Assembly (NCBI GenBank): GCA_944320495.1
Contig: CALUHR010000003.1
Location: 139,313 to 203,312, forward strand
Reading direction: 5' to 3'
DNA length: 64,000 nt
DNA from: Candidatus Methanomethylophilaceae archaeon
GTDB lineage: Archaea; Thermoplasmatota; Thermoplasmata; Methanomassiliicoccales; Methanomethylophilaceae
The notes beneath the pieces are model-generated. The model saw nothing but the letters and a program-made list of their open reading frames with translations, did no database searches and was not told the origin of the DNA. The translations under genes and the position numbers were made by a program. This document shows, piece after piece, positions 8,075 to 17,905 of this stretch (its first letter is position 1; each line of letters starts with the position of its first letter).

Positions 8075-10320
8075 CTGACCCTCGCCCCGTCGATGAAGTC
8101 GTTGTCGTCGACGGTGATGAAGCATCCCTTGCCGTCTCCCATGGGGACGCGGATGTCTCCGTCGTAGACGAACGCGGCGGTGTCCGGACACTCCTCCGGG
8201 ACGTTCTCCCCGAGGACCTTGCCGTCGGTCATCTTGCCGACGCGGATGTCGACCTTCTCGCAGTGCTTGACCTCTATCCTCGAGGACGAGCACTCCAGAC
8301 CGCAGTCGATCCTGGTGCCGTCGGGGACGTCGGCCGAGGGCTTCAGCAGCTTGATCGCATGTCCACCGAGGTCCTCGTCGTCCAGCGCCATGAGCATTCC
8401 GTCTGACTTCACGCCGCGGAACTTGGCCGGCTTGAGGTTGGAGATGACGAGCAGCCTCCTGCCCTCCATCTGCTCCCTCGGGTAGACGGTCTTGAGGTTG
8501 GTGACTATCTGCCTGGGCTCGGCCTCGCCGAGGCTGATCTTCAGAACGTAGAGCTTCTCCGCGTCCGGGTGGTCGGCGACCTCCACGACGGTGCCGACGC
8601 GGATGTCCATCCTCCTGAAGTCGGCGAACGGTCCCGCCGGCGCCTGCTGCTGCGTCTCCTTGGGCTTCTCCTGCTTCTCCTCCATCTTCGGTTCCTCCTT
8701 CTGGACCTCGACCTTCTTGTATACCGGTACGGGCTCCCCGAGCTCCTGTCCGGCGACGACGGGCCTCAGGGCCTCGTCGAGTCCCGCGTCCTCGGGCGTG
8801 CCCTGGTATCCCAGGTACTGCCACACCCTCTCGGACGAGCGGGGCATGAACGGCCACATCATTATGCTGAGGGCCTTGGCTATGCGGAGGGCGGTGTTCA
8901 TCGCGGCTCCGCAGGCCTCCCTGTCCTCCTTGATGAGGGCCCAGGGCTTCATCGAATCGAAGAACCTGTTCCCGTAGCGGGCCAGGTCCATGACAAGTTT
9001 GATGCCGCGCTTGAGCTCGCACGCGCCCATGAGATCGCGGTACTCGGCGACGGTCCTCTCGATCTCGGCGACCGTCTCCGGGTCGGTCTCGCCTGCGGGG
9101 ATGGCGCCGAAGTTCTTCTTGGTGAAGCTCAGGCACCTGTGGTAGTAGTTGCCGAGGGTGGCGACCAGGTCGTTGTTGATCTTGGTGTCCAGATCCTCCC
9201 AGGTGAACTCGGTGTCGTGGGAATCGGGCATGTTGATCGATAGGTAGAACCTGATCGCGTCCGCATCGTACCTGGACAGGACGCTGGGGATGTCGATCGC
9301 CCCTCCGCGGCTGCGGCTCTTGGAGAGCTTCCCACCGCCGATCATGAGGTACTCGTTGGCGGGGATGTCGTACGGCAGGTCGAGTCCGCCCTCGCCCATG
9401 AGGATCGCCGGCCATATGATCGAATGGAACGGGATGTTGTCCTTCCCGATGAAGTAGTAGTGCCTCGCCTCGGGGTCCTTCCAGAACGCCTCCCAGTAAT
9501 CGGGCTTCCCAATCATCCTGGAGTACTCCACCGATGCGCTCAGGTATCCGATGACGGCCTCGAACCACACGTAGATGACCTTGTCGTCCCATCCCTCGAC
9601 GGGGATCGGGACGCCCCAGGACATGTCCCTGGTGATGGCCCTGTCGTGAAGGCCGTCCTCCAGCCAGTTCCTGGTGAAGGCCTTGACGTTGGCCCTCCAT
9701 CCCTCCTTGCCCTCGAGGTATTTGAGCAGGGGCTCCCTGAACGCGCTCAGCTTCAGGAAGAAGTGCTCGGTCTTGCGGATCTCCGGGGTGCCGTTGCACA
9801 GGGTACAGTACGGCCTGAGGAGGTCCCCGGGCTCGAACGTCATGCCGCACGCGTCGCACTGGTCGCTGCGGGTCTTCTCGGCACCGCAGTTGGGGCAGAC
9901 TCCCTCGACGTACCTGTCGGGGAGGAACCTGGCGCAGTGGGGGCAGTAGTACTGGTCCGTCTCCTTGGTGTAGACGTACCCCTTGTCCCTGAGGTCGTTG
10001 AACAGTCTCTGGACGACCTCGAAGTGGGTCGGGCAGTGGGTCTTGTTGTACAGGGTGTACTCGATGCCCATGTCCTCGATGGCCTTCTTGTTGATCTCGT
10101 GGAACTTGTCAGCGTACTGCTCCGGCGTCATGCCCGCCTTCTCGGCGGAGACGGTGATGGGGGTGCCGTGCTGGTCGGAGCCGCCGACCATGAGGACCTC
10201 GTTGCCGATGACGCGGTTGTACCTGCTGAATATGTCCGCCGGCAGTAGGGACCCGGCGAGATGTCCCAGATGGATGGCGCCGTTGGCGTACGGCCAGGCG
10301 ACGTTGACAACTACCTTCAT
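8071..10320 (-). CDS. metG: Methionyl-tRNA synthetase with C-terminal tRNA-binding domain(s)
   Basis: AWPYANGAIHLGH (HIGH), Zn knuckles, YVWFEA, GKDN, KLSKS (KMSKS) and a C-terminal DIRVG OB domain. Confidence 0.98.
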   Translation of the reverse strand: MKVVVNVAWPYANGAIHLGHLAGSLLPADIFSRYNRVIGNEVLMVGGSDQHGTPITVSAEKAGMTPEQYADKFHEINKKAIEDMGIEYTLYNKTHCPTHFEVVQRLFNDLRDKGYVYTKETDQYYCPHCARFLPDRYVEGVCPNCGAEKTRSDQCDACGMTFEPGDLLRPYCTLCNGTPEIRKTEHFFLKLSAFREPLLKYLEGKEGWRANVKAFTRNWLEDGLHDRAITRDMSWGVPIPVEGWDDKVIYVWFEAVIGYLSASVEYSRMIGKPDYWEAFWKDPEARHYYFIGKDNIPFHSIIWPAILMGEGGLDLPYDIPANEYLMIGGGKLSKSRSRGGAIDIPSVLSRYDADAIRFYLSINMPDSHDTEFTWEDLDTKINNDLVATLGNYYHRCLSFTKKNFGAIPAGETDPETVAEIERTVAEYRDLMGACELKRGIKLVMDLARYGNRFFDSMKPWALIKEDREACGAAMNTALRIAKALSIMMWPFMPRSSERVWQYLGYQGTPEDAGLDEALRPVVAGQELGEPVPVYKKVEVQKEEPKMEEKQEKPKETQQQAPAGPFADFRRMDIRVGTVVEVADHPDAEKLYVLKISLGEAEPRQIVTNLKTVYPREQMEGRRLLVISNLKPAKFRGVKSDGMLMALDDEDLGGHAIKLLKPSADVPDGTRIDCGLECSSSRIEVKHCEKVDIRVGKMTDGKVLGENVPEECPDTAAFVYDGDIRVPMGDGKGCFITVDDNDFIDGARVR

Positions 10321-10387
10321 GATAACATCCCCCGGAGGGAGGGTTGCAGACTTATATTCATCGTCCGGAAGGGAATGTGGCGGGAGT

Positions 10388-11773
10388 TCACTCGGCCCCA
10401 GCACGCGGATCGGCGACGGATTCCTCGTGCTCGACCCTGCGGAGGACAATGCGTGCATGGGCGTACATCATCAGACCTCCGAGGATCTCCGCGATGGCCG
10501 TTGCCCACCAGAGCGATGTGAGCGTACCGATGGCGACCATGGCGGCGTACATGCCCGCACTGAGGATTATGTTCCTGGCCAGCGAGTTGATCATCCCGCC
10601 CGTCGCCCTGTTTATGGACTGCATGAGCGAGGATCCCGTGTACACCAGTGACATCACGGGAAGGAACAGGGCGAAGATCATCAGCATCTCGGTCATGTCG
10701 CCGTGCAGGTAGGCCAGGTCGTCGGACATGGTGAACACCGACGACAGGGGACCTGCCGCCAGCGCAAGGACGACGGAGAGCGCGGCGGTCATCAGCACCG
10801 ATGTGACGACGGAGTATCTGAATGCGGTACGTATGAGATCGAACCTCCGCATACCGTATTCGGCGGCACACACGGCCACCATAGCGCCTCCCATGGCCTG
10901 GCCGACGATCATGATGAAGTTGGCGATCCTCCAGCCGGTGGAGTACAGGCCGACCATGTCCGTGCCCCCGACCTCGATGACGACGTAGTTCAGGAAGATG
11001 TTGAACAGGTACATGATCGAGAGCTCGAGGGCCTCGGGACCCCCGACGGACATTATGCCCCTCCATACGCGGGCATCGGGCCTGTAGTCCGACCTGGTGA
11101 TGGAGATGTACATGCTCTTGTCGCGGAGGTACCAGTACGCCGCGATGGCGCAGGAGACGACGAACGCTATCACCGTCGCCCATGCGGCTCCGGCCACGCC
11201 CATGTCCAGGGTGTAGATCATGATCGGGTCTAGGACGATGTTGACCAGGGCGCCGATGACCTGTATGGCCATGGAGCGCTTGGCGGCGCCCTCCCCGCGC
11301 AGCATGCCGGACATCACGCCGCTGAGGATGATGAAGAACGTCGACAGATAGAGGGGATTGGCATATGCCAGGCAGTCCCCGACGGTGTCGCCTGCCCCCA
11401 TGATCACCATCAGCGGCTCCGCCGTCAGCAGCAGGAACGGTGTGAGTATGAGGCTCACTACCAGCGTTATCACTATGCCCTGTGCGGCGGACCTGTTGGC
11501 ATCAGCGTGATTGCGATGCCCGATGTCCCTGGCTATCGCGGCCCCGACACCGATGCCCAGGCCGTTCCCGATCCCGATGAGGATTGTGTAGATCGGGTAG
11601 ACGATTCCGAGCGCTCCCATGGCGGAGCCCCCGAGCCCGGCGACCCAGAGGCTGTCGACGATGTTGTTCAGCTGCTGGAAGAAGAGCGCCACTCCTATCG
11701 GTATCGCTAACGCGATGACCCCCTTGCGCGGGTCGCCCAGCAGGGTCCTCGTCCCGACGGTGCTCTCCTCCAT
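10388..11773 (-). CDS. MATE family efflux transporter
   Basis: LAIP...NNIVDSLWVAGLG, LRGEG.AK, NIVLDPI and about 12 hydrophobic segments. Confidence 0.9.
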   Translation of the reverse strand: MEESTVGTRTLLGDPRKGVIALAIPIGVALFFQQLNNIVDSLWVAGLGGSAMGALGIVYPIYTILIGIGNGLGIGVGAAIARDIGHRNHADANRSAAQGIVITLVVSLILTPFLLLTAEPLMVIMGAGDTVGDCLAYANPLYLSTFFIILSGVMSGMLRGEGAAKRSMAIQVIGALVNIVLDPIMIYTLDMGVAGAAWATVIAFVVSCAIAAYWYLRDKSMYISITRSDYRPDARVWRGIMSVGGPEALELSIMYLFNIFLNYVVIEVGGTDMVGLYSTGWRIANFIMIVGQAMGGAMVAVCAAEYGMRRFDLIRTAFRYSVVTSVLMTAALSVVLALAAGPLSSVFTMSDDLAYLHGDMTEMLMIFALFLPVMSLVYTGSSLMQSINRATGGMINSLARNIILSAGMYAAMVAIGTLTSLWWATAIAEILGGLMMYAHARIVLRRVEHEESVADPRAGAE

Positions 11774-11835
11774 GACCGCGTCACCTGATGTCCTCGTTAT
11801 AATGACTGCGAAAGGGACGCCCCGACCATGGTCCG

Positions 11836-12720
11836 TCAGGGACCCATGGACGTTATCGGAACGACGCAGACGCCGTCCGGACGCCTGTACGCGTACCTGG
11901 TCATGCCGCATACCACACACAGGACCGACGGCGGGGTTCTCTCCTTCCTGAAGAACTCCTCCATCCTTTTCAGGTTCTCCGCCGCAGCATCGATCTGCCC
12001 CGCCCCGAGTTTGATCTCGAATGCGCCCCATCTGCCGTCCTCGGCCTCCACCACCGCATCGATCTCCCTCCCACGGCCGTCGCGGTAATGGAAGAGCCTG
12101 CCGCCCTCATGTTCCGCGTATATCTGGAGGTCATGTTCGCAGAGTGCCTCGAACAGGAATCTCGTGGTTCTGAGGTCGTTCCTGAGCATCTGGGCGTTGA
12201 GCCTCATGGCCGCCACAGCAAGTGACACGTCTGTCAGATGACGCTTCGACTCTTCCCGATGCGGGCATCGGACCTCACATTCGGACTGAAACTGGGCATA
12301 TCATCGATGAGATGCATCCTGTACAGGCAGTTCATGTAGTCCGCGAACGTGTCGTTCGAGATGCTCTCGTTCTCGTACTCCCTCATATCCGATTTGATCT
12401 TCGAGTTCGAAGCCAAGGTGCTCTCGTTGCGGGCCAGCGAGCGGATCAGCATCGACATCTTCCGTTCGTCACGGCTCCTGCCGTCCATACGGGCCGCGTC
12501 CTCCGTAGCATTGTCCACGTACGCTCTGGCCAACATGGAGGGATACCCTCGGGATCCAAGTGCACCGGGCCAGCCCCCGCGAATCGGCATGGTTCTCTGC
12601 GGTCCATGTCTTACCGCACCAGCGTGGATTCTCGATCGATATTGCCCCGAACGCCTCGAGCATCTCCTCCATCTCCTCGTCGAGAAGTCTGGGTCTGTTT
12701 CCTTTAGGAGTCGGGGTCAT
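11836..12720 (-). pseudogene. Degraded AAA_14/DUF4143 ATPase
   Basis: Three fragments in different frames: RPRLLD...PRWCGKT, GWP...RSLARN...FSPNVRS, and KRHLTD.SL...FHYRD..GREIDAVVE...EIK. Central region deleted; frameshift near 12250. Confidence 0.85.
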
Positions 12721-12935
12721 GGTACCCGGATGACCTCTAATCATGATACATCTATGGATTTCCTTCCACCGACTAGAAGGATTTCCAAGTTCGGTCGATA
12801 GTATGTCTTGGACCCCCGATGACGATAAGGGGACGTGTCCTCCACACGGATCATGCCAGATGCCGTCCCTGGAGTCGCACCAGCGGATCGGACCCTCGTG
12901 CGAGTCTATTTAACAGATAAGGAAATGGAACTCGC

Positions 12936-14708
12936 ATGCGGATAGCGGCGGTACTGAACGACAGATGCCAGAACAAGAAATGCAACCAGGAGTGCGCCAA
13001 GTTCTGTCCCCTGAACAGGACGGGAGTGGAGTGCGTCACCTTCGGCGAGAGGGGGAAGCCCATCATCTCCGAGACCCTGTGCCAGGGATGCGGCATCTGC
13101 GTGAACAAGTGCCAGTTCGAGGCCGTCAAGATCATCGGCCTCGCCGACGAGCTGAAGGAGGATCTCATGCACCAGTACGGTCTGAACTCCTTCCGCCTGT
13201 ACCGCCTTCCCGTGCCCAAGAAGGGCATCGTCACCGGAATCCTGGGTCCGAACGGTATCGGTAAGACCACCGCCATCAAGATGCTCTGCGGCATCGAGGT
13301 CCCCAACCTGGGCAACTACGAGAACCCCCCGACCAAGGAGGAGGTCCTCGCCAGCTTCGCCGGCACCGAGCTCCACGACTACCTCGAGAACCTGTACGCC
13401 GGCAAGATCAAGACCGCCATGAAGCCGCAGTACGTCGACAAGCTCCCCAAGGCCACCCAGGGAGTGGTCAGGGACCTGCTGTCCAAGGTCCAGGAGCGCA
13501 TGACCCTGGAGGAGGCCGCCGAGACCTTCGAGCTCACCGAGGTCCTCGACAGGGAGCTCTCCAAGCTCTCCGGAGGGGAGCTGCAGAGGGTCGCCATGGC
13601 CGCGACCATGATGAAGGACGCGGACGTCTACTTCTTCGACGAGCCCACCTCCTACCTCGACATCTACCAGAGGGTCAAGATGGCCCGCCTGATCAAGGAG
13701 CTCGCAGCCGAGAAGCAGGTCATGGTCATCGAGCACGACCTGGCCATCCTGGACTTCCTGGCGGACAACGTCAACGTCGTCTACGGTTCCGAGGGGGCGT
13801 ACGGAGTCTTCACCCTTGCCCGCCAGGTCAGGACCGCCATCAACGTCTACCTGGACGGATACCTCCCCGAGGAGAACATCAGGTTCAGGGACAGACCCAT
13901 CGAGTTCGAGGCCTCGCCTCCCCGCGGAGACTGGCAGACCGGGGACCTGATATCGTTCAAGGCCCTGCACAAGGATTTCGGCGAGTTTAAGCTGGACGTC
14001 ACCGGCGGGGCCGTCAAGATCGGTGAGTCCGTCGGAATCGTCGGACCCAACGCCACCGGTAAGACCACCCTGGTCAAGATGCTGGCCGGGATCATCGACC
14101 CCGACTCGGGAGAGATGGACAACAAGGTCAAGGTGTCCTACAAGCCCCAGTACATCACCGGGGACTTCGACGGCACCGTGCAGGAGCTCCTCTACGCCAA
14201 GGCCTACGAGACCGTCACATCCAGCTTCTTCACCGGCGAGGTCATCGAGCCCCTCGGCATCAAGTACCTGATGGACAAGGATGTTGCCAAGCTCTCCGGA
14301 GGTGAGCTGCAGAGGGTCGCCATAACGCTGTGCCTCGCCACCGACGCGGACATCTACCTCTTCGACGAGCCGTCGGCCTACCTCGATTCCAATCAGAGGA
14401 TGAATGCCGCCAAGACCATCCGCCGCATGATGGAGAAGTCCGGGCGCAGCGCCATGGTCGTCGACCACGACATCTACTTCCTTGACATGGTCTCCGACTC
14501 CATGATGGTGTTCGGAGGCGAGCCCGGCCACCATGGAATCGGCGACGGTCCGTTCGACATGCGCGAGGGCATGAACAGGTTCCTCTCCGCCGTGGACATC
14601 ACGTTCCGCAGGGACGCGGACACCCACAGGCCCAGGATCAACAAGCCCGACTCCAGGCTGGACAGGGAGCAGAAGTCCAAGGGCGAGTACTACTACGCCA
14701 GCTCCTGA
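12936..14708 (+). CDS. rli: Ribosome recycling ATPase ABCE1/RLI
   Basis: N-terminal 2x[4Fe-4S] Cys motifs, two ABC domains (GPNGIGKT, GPNATGKT, LSGGELQR) and the C-terminal FRRD...RPRINK. Confidence 0.97.
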   Translation: MRIAAVLNDRCQNKKCNQECAKFCPLNRTGVECVTFGERGKPIISETLCQGCGICVNKCQFEAVKIIGLADELKEDLMHQYGLNSFRLYRLPVPKKGIVTGILGPNGIGKTTAIKMLCGIEVPNLGNYENPPTKEEVLASFAGTELHDYLENLYAGKIKTAMKPQYVDKLPKATQGVVRDLLSKVQERMTLEEAAETFELTEVLDRELSKLSGGELQRVAMAATMMKDADVYFFDEPTSYLDIYQRVKMARLIKELAAEKQVMVIEHDLAILDFLADNVNVVYGSEGAYGVFTLARQVRTAINVYLDGYLPEENIRFRDRPIEFEASPPRGDWQTGDLISFKALHKDFGEFKLDVTGGAVKIGESVGIVGPNATGKTTLVKMLAGIIDPDSGEMDNKVKVSYKPQYITGDFDGTVQELLYAKAYETVTSSFFTGEVIEPLGIKYLMDKDVAKLSGGELQRVAITLCLATDADIYLFDEPSAYLDSNQRMNAAKTIRRMMEKSGRSAMVVDHDIYFLDMVSDSMMVFGGEPGHHGIGDGPFDMREGMNRFLSAVDITFRRDADTHRPRINKPDSRLDREQKSKGEYYYASS

Positions 14709-14776
14709 GCTGCCCTCCGCATCGGTCGAAGTGTTCGGGAGAACTCTAAAAATACACGAAAGGATGCGTTATCCCG

Positions 14777-15832
14777 ATGGGAAAAGCCGATACCCATGTC
14801 CATACCGAATTCTCGGGGTTCCAGAAGCTCGGGGTGATCAAGTTCCCCGAGTCGGTCGCGCAACCCGAGACGCAGGTGGACAGGGCCCGCGACAACGGCA
14901 TGGACGTCTTGTGCATCACGGACCACGACGAGGTCCACGGCGCGATGATCGCCCAGAAGTACGCGCATCAGAAGTACGACGACATCGAGGTAGTGGTCGG
15001 CGAGGAGGTCACCACCAGGGACGGCGAGATCATCGGCCTGTTCCTGACCGAGAGGGTGCCTGACATGCTGTCCGTCGAGGAGACCGTCGATATCATAAGG
15101 GAGCAGGGCGGCCTCGTCATCGCCCCGCATCCGTTCAGCTTCCACGTGCCGGGCCTGAAGGAAAGGATCCTCGACCTGGACATAGACGGCTTCGAGGTCA
15201 TCAACGGCGGTCATCCGGACGCCTACACCAACATGTTCGCCAGGCTGGTCATGGACCGCTATCCCGGCAGATGGTGCGAGACCTCCGGGAGCGACGCTCA
15301 CTCCGTCTACACCACGGGATACAACTGGACCGAGTTCCCCGGCAGGACCGCGGACGACCTGCGCCGGGCCATACTCGATAAGACCACCAAGGCCTGCGGA
15401 ACGGCGGCCCCGGTCTTCGGACAGGTCCAGTGGAGCGTGGACGTCGTCATCGGCGGACAGAAGCTCATGTACAGGTCACTCAAGGGGAGACTCAAGAACG
15501 TCCCGAAGGACCACCTCGTCGAGAAGATCAACAGTATAAGCGACCTGAAGAAGGCCACCGGGATCTTCGCCGGGATGCTCTACGTCATCCCGCCGCTGTC
15601 CTTCATCGCCACCGTCGCCAGCACTTCGTTCCTGAGGAAGGGGGCCGAGAGGATGACCATGGGGATTCCCGACAGGCTTGAGTTCATCGACTCCGTCATA
15701 AGGGAGGTCGACGCCAACGGCGGCCCCGGCCACCACCGCCCGGCATACCTGGACGAGAGGGACGAGAGCCCGCTCGCCGCATACAAGGGCCTTCCGTTCA
15801 AACTGCCCTTCGACGTCGCCCGCAACAAATGA
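14777..15832 (+). CDS. PHP-domain protein with C-terminal extension
   Basis: DTHVHT, CITDHD, GEEV, APHP, GSDAH, followed by a ~130-aa tail that includes a hydrophobic segment. Confidence 0.85.
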   Translation: MGKADTHVHTEFSGFQKLGVIKFPESVAQPETQVDRARDNGMDVLCITDHDEVHGAMIAQKYAHQKYDDIEVVVGEEVTTRDGEIIGLFLTERVPDMLSVEETVDIIREQGGLVIAPHPFSFHVPGLKERILDLDIDGFEVINGGHPDAYTNMFARLVMDRYPGRWCETSGSDAHSVYTTGYNWTEFPGRTADDLRRAILDKTTKACGTAAPVFGQVQWSVDVVIGGQKLMYRSLKGRLKNVPKDHLVEKINSISDLKKATGIFAGMLYVIPPLSFIATVASTSFLRKGAERMTMGIPDRLEFIDSVIREVDANGGPGHHRPAYLDERDESPLAAYKGLPFKLPFDVARNK

Positions 15833-15857
15833 TATCCGCCGACGCGTTCCACCCCCG

Positions 15858-16202
15858 ATGGAAGCATACAAGATCGGCGTCACGGTGCCTCTCGGCACCG
15901 AGCATGAGATGATGGACACCCTCGACGGATACTTCTCCCCGCTCTATCCCGGATACGACCACGTTTACTCGTGGTGGGAGACCGAGGGGAGCTGGAGACC
16001 CCTGGAGGGGTCGCACCCGCACCAGGGGGAGATCGGCAGGATCGAACGCGCCCGCGAGGTGCGCATAGAGTTCGCGGTACATGCCCGGGACGCGCCCGCG
16101 GTGGTCCGCCGCATCGCGGAGGTCCATCCCTTCGAGGAACCCGCGATAGACGTGATCCCGCTGATCCCGTGGAAGGACGTCGCTGTGCTGGACGGTAGTT
16201 GA
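15858..16202 (+). CDS. Stand-alone PII/CutA-like domain (YqfO/Nif3 insert-like)
   Basis: YKIGVTVP...G.WRPLEGS.P..GEIG.IE...E.RIEF...HPFEEPAIDVIPL. Confidence 0.75.
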   Translation: MEAYKIGVTVPLGTEHEMMDTLDGYFSPLYPGYDHVYSWWETEGSWRPLEGSHPHQGEIGRIERAREVRIEFAVHARDAPAVVRRIAEVHPFEEPAIDVIPLIPWKDVAVLDGS

Positions 16203-16740
16203 ACAGGTTGTCGAAGGACTTCTGCATCCTGTGGATCTTGAGGCTCTGCTTCCTGTACGCGAGCTCCCCGTCGTCGATCAGTCCCATGGCGTTGTACCTG
16301 TCCAGGACCGCGAAGGCACCGTCGTAGTCGCCGTCGACGCCGACCATGATGTCGATTAGCCTGTTCCTGCATGAGAGCCTGCCCTCGGGCGGGAACGATG
16401 CGGAGACGGCTGGATACAGATCCAGATTCCTCAGGCACATGGCCTTGGCGTCGGCGAACCTGTCGGAGCCGAAGAGGCCCTCGATGAGACCCTCCGTCGC
16501 CCTGAACCTGGAGACGTCGTCGAGCTCGGCTGCCTCGAGGAACTCCCCAGCTGTCACGGCGAGTTTGTAGTTGTGGTCGTCGACCGCGCGGGACATCAGG
16601 TCCGTGAGGAATCCGAGCTGGGAGGACGTGTCTATGCCGTCAACGTACCTGCGAACCCTGACCCTGTCCTGGGAGGACAGGCCGGAGTACCATCCGTCAA
16701 GCCCCGCCTGGGTGACCTGAGAGGGGATCTCATCTGCCAT
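16180..16740 (-). CDS. Hypothetical helical (TPR-like) protein
   Basis: Host-like codons up to ...NLFNYRPAQ, then CGA at 16180-16182. The standard-code ORF continues to 15880, antisense over most of the neighbouring gene. Confidence 0.7.
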
Positions 16741-16764
16741 GGGACCGGAATCGTCGCATCTGGT

Positions 16765-17781
16765 TTAAACCTCGGCTTCGTCCGTCTCCCTCTCCACGGG
16801 TGATGTCATGGACTCGGTGGTCCACTCGATCCTCCCCTCGAACTCGACGGTGCGGGTGAAGCAGTTCCTCTCGCACACCCTGCAGTATCCCTCGGTGCAG
16901 GGGACGGGTGTGATGGAGACCTCGATGGAATCGCCGTACTTGTCGCAGACCGCCTCGTTGATCTCGTCCTCCTCCCTTCCGACCTCCTCGACCGTCATGC
17001 AGCGGGGGAAGACCACCTTCATGTCGGCGTAGATCCTGGGGCCGTACTTTATCAGACGGAGGTTGCGGACGTCGATCCAGTCGTCATGGCGGTATCCGCG
17101 GATGGTTCCGGCCACCTCCTCCAGGAGGCCCGCGTCGGCGGTGTCCATGATGTCGTCCATGGCCCTCTTGATGACCTTGATTCCCGTGACGACGATGATC
17201 ACGCCGAACACCGCCGCGATCGATGAGTCCAGCCACCTGGCGTCGTACCCCATGCTCTCTGCGATGTAGACGACGACCAGACCGATCAGGATACCGATCG
17301 AGGAATATGTGTCGGAGCAGAGGTGCCTGCCGCTGGCCTCCAGGGCGGGGGACCTGTTCCTCCTTCCCTTGACGATGGCCGCGCGTCCGACAGCGAAATT
17401 CGCCACGGCGGCTATCGCGACGAGTATCAGACCGATGTCCAACTCGTCGGTGATCTCCCCCGGGTTGATGAAGGACTGGACGGTCTCGTAGAGGATCAGG
17501 AGACCGGCTGCCATGATCATCGTTCCCTCGATCGCCGAGGAGATGATCTCGATCTTCCCGTGGCCGAACGGATGGTTCCTGTCGGCCGGCTTCGCCGACA
17601 GGTAGAGCGCGTAGATGCCGATGCACGCGGCGACCACATTGACGATGGACTCGGTAGCATCGGTAAAGATGGCGACGGATCCCGTGAGGAAGTATGCCAC
17701 ATACTTGATGATCAGGAGTGTGAAACCGAGGACCACGATGATCTTCTGGAACTCGAAGTTCTCATCCGCCGCTTTCGACAT
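16765..17781 (-). CDS. Cation diffusion facilitator (FieF-like)
   Basis: GSVAIFTDATES, KPADRNHPFGHGKIE, HLCSDTYSS. Confidence 0.92.
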   Translation of the reverse strand: MSKAADENFEFQKIIVVLGFTLLIIKYVAYFLTGSVAIFTDATESIVNVVAACIGIYALYLSAKPADRNHPFGHGKIEIISSAIEGTMIMAAGLLILYETVQSFINPGEITDELDIGLILVAIAAVANFAVGRAAIVKGRRNRSPALEASGRHLCSDTYSSIGILIGLVVVYIAESMGYDARWLDSSIAAVFGVIIVVTGIKVIKRAMDDIMDTADAGLLEEVAGTIRGYRHDDWIDVRNLRLIKYGPRIYADMKVVFPRCMTVEEVGREEDEINEAVCDKYGDSIEVSITPVPCTEGYCRVCERNCFTRTVEFEGRIEWTTESMTSPVERETDEAEV

Positions 17782-17905
17782 ACATCTAGGAAAACCGCAC
17801 CAGATATATGCTTATTCGATTAGAAACGCCTAATCCTATCACAAATGTGATAATCAAACTGGTTCCGAGACTCTTTAGATTAGACGGCATCCCTTTAAGT
17901 GAACC

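Noticed and set aside
12936-14708. A link between ABCE1/RLI and the CGA-stop signal
   Set aside because: The protein looks canonical and its presence in the window is most likely coincidental. Stop recognition resides in aRF1, which is not in this window.
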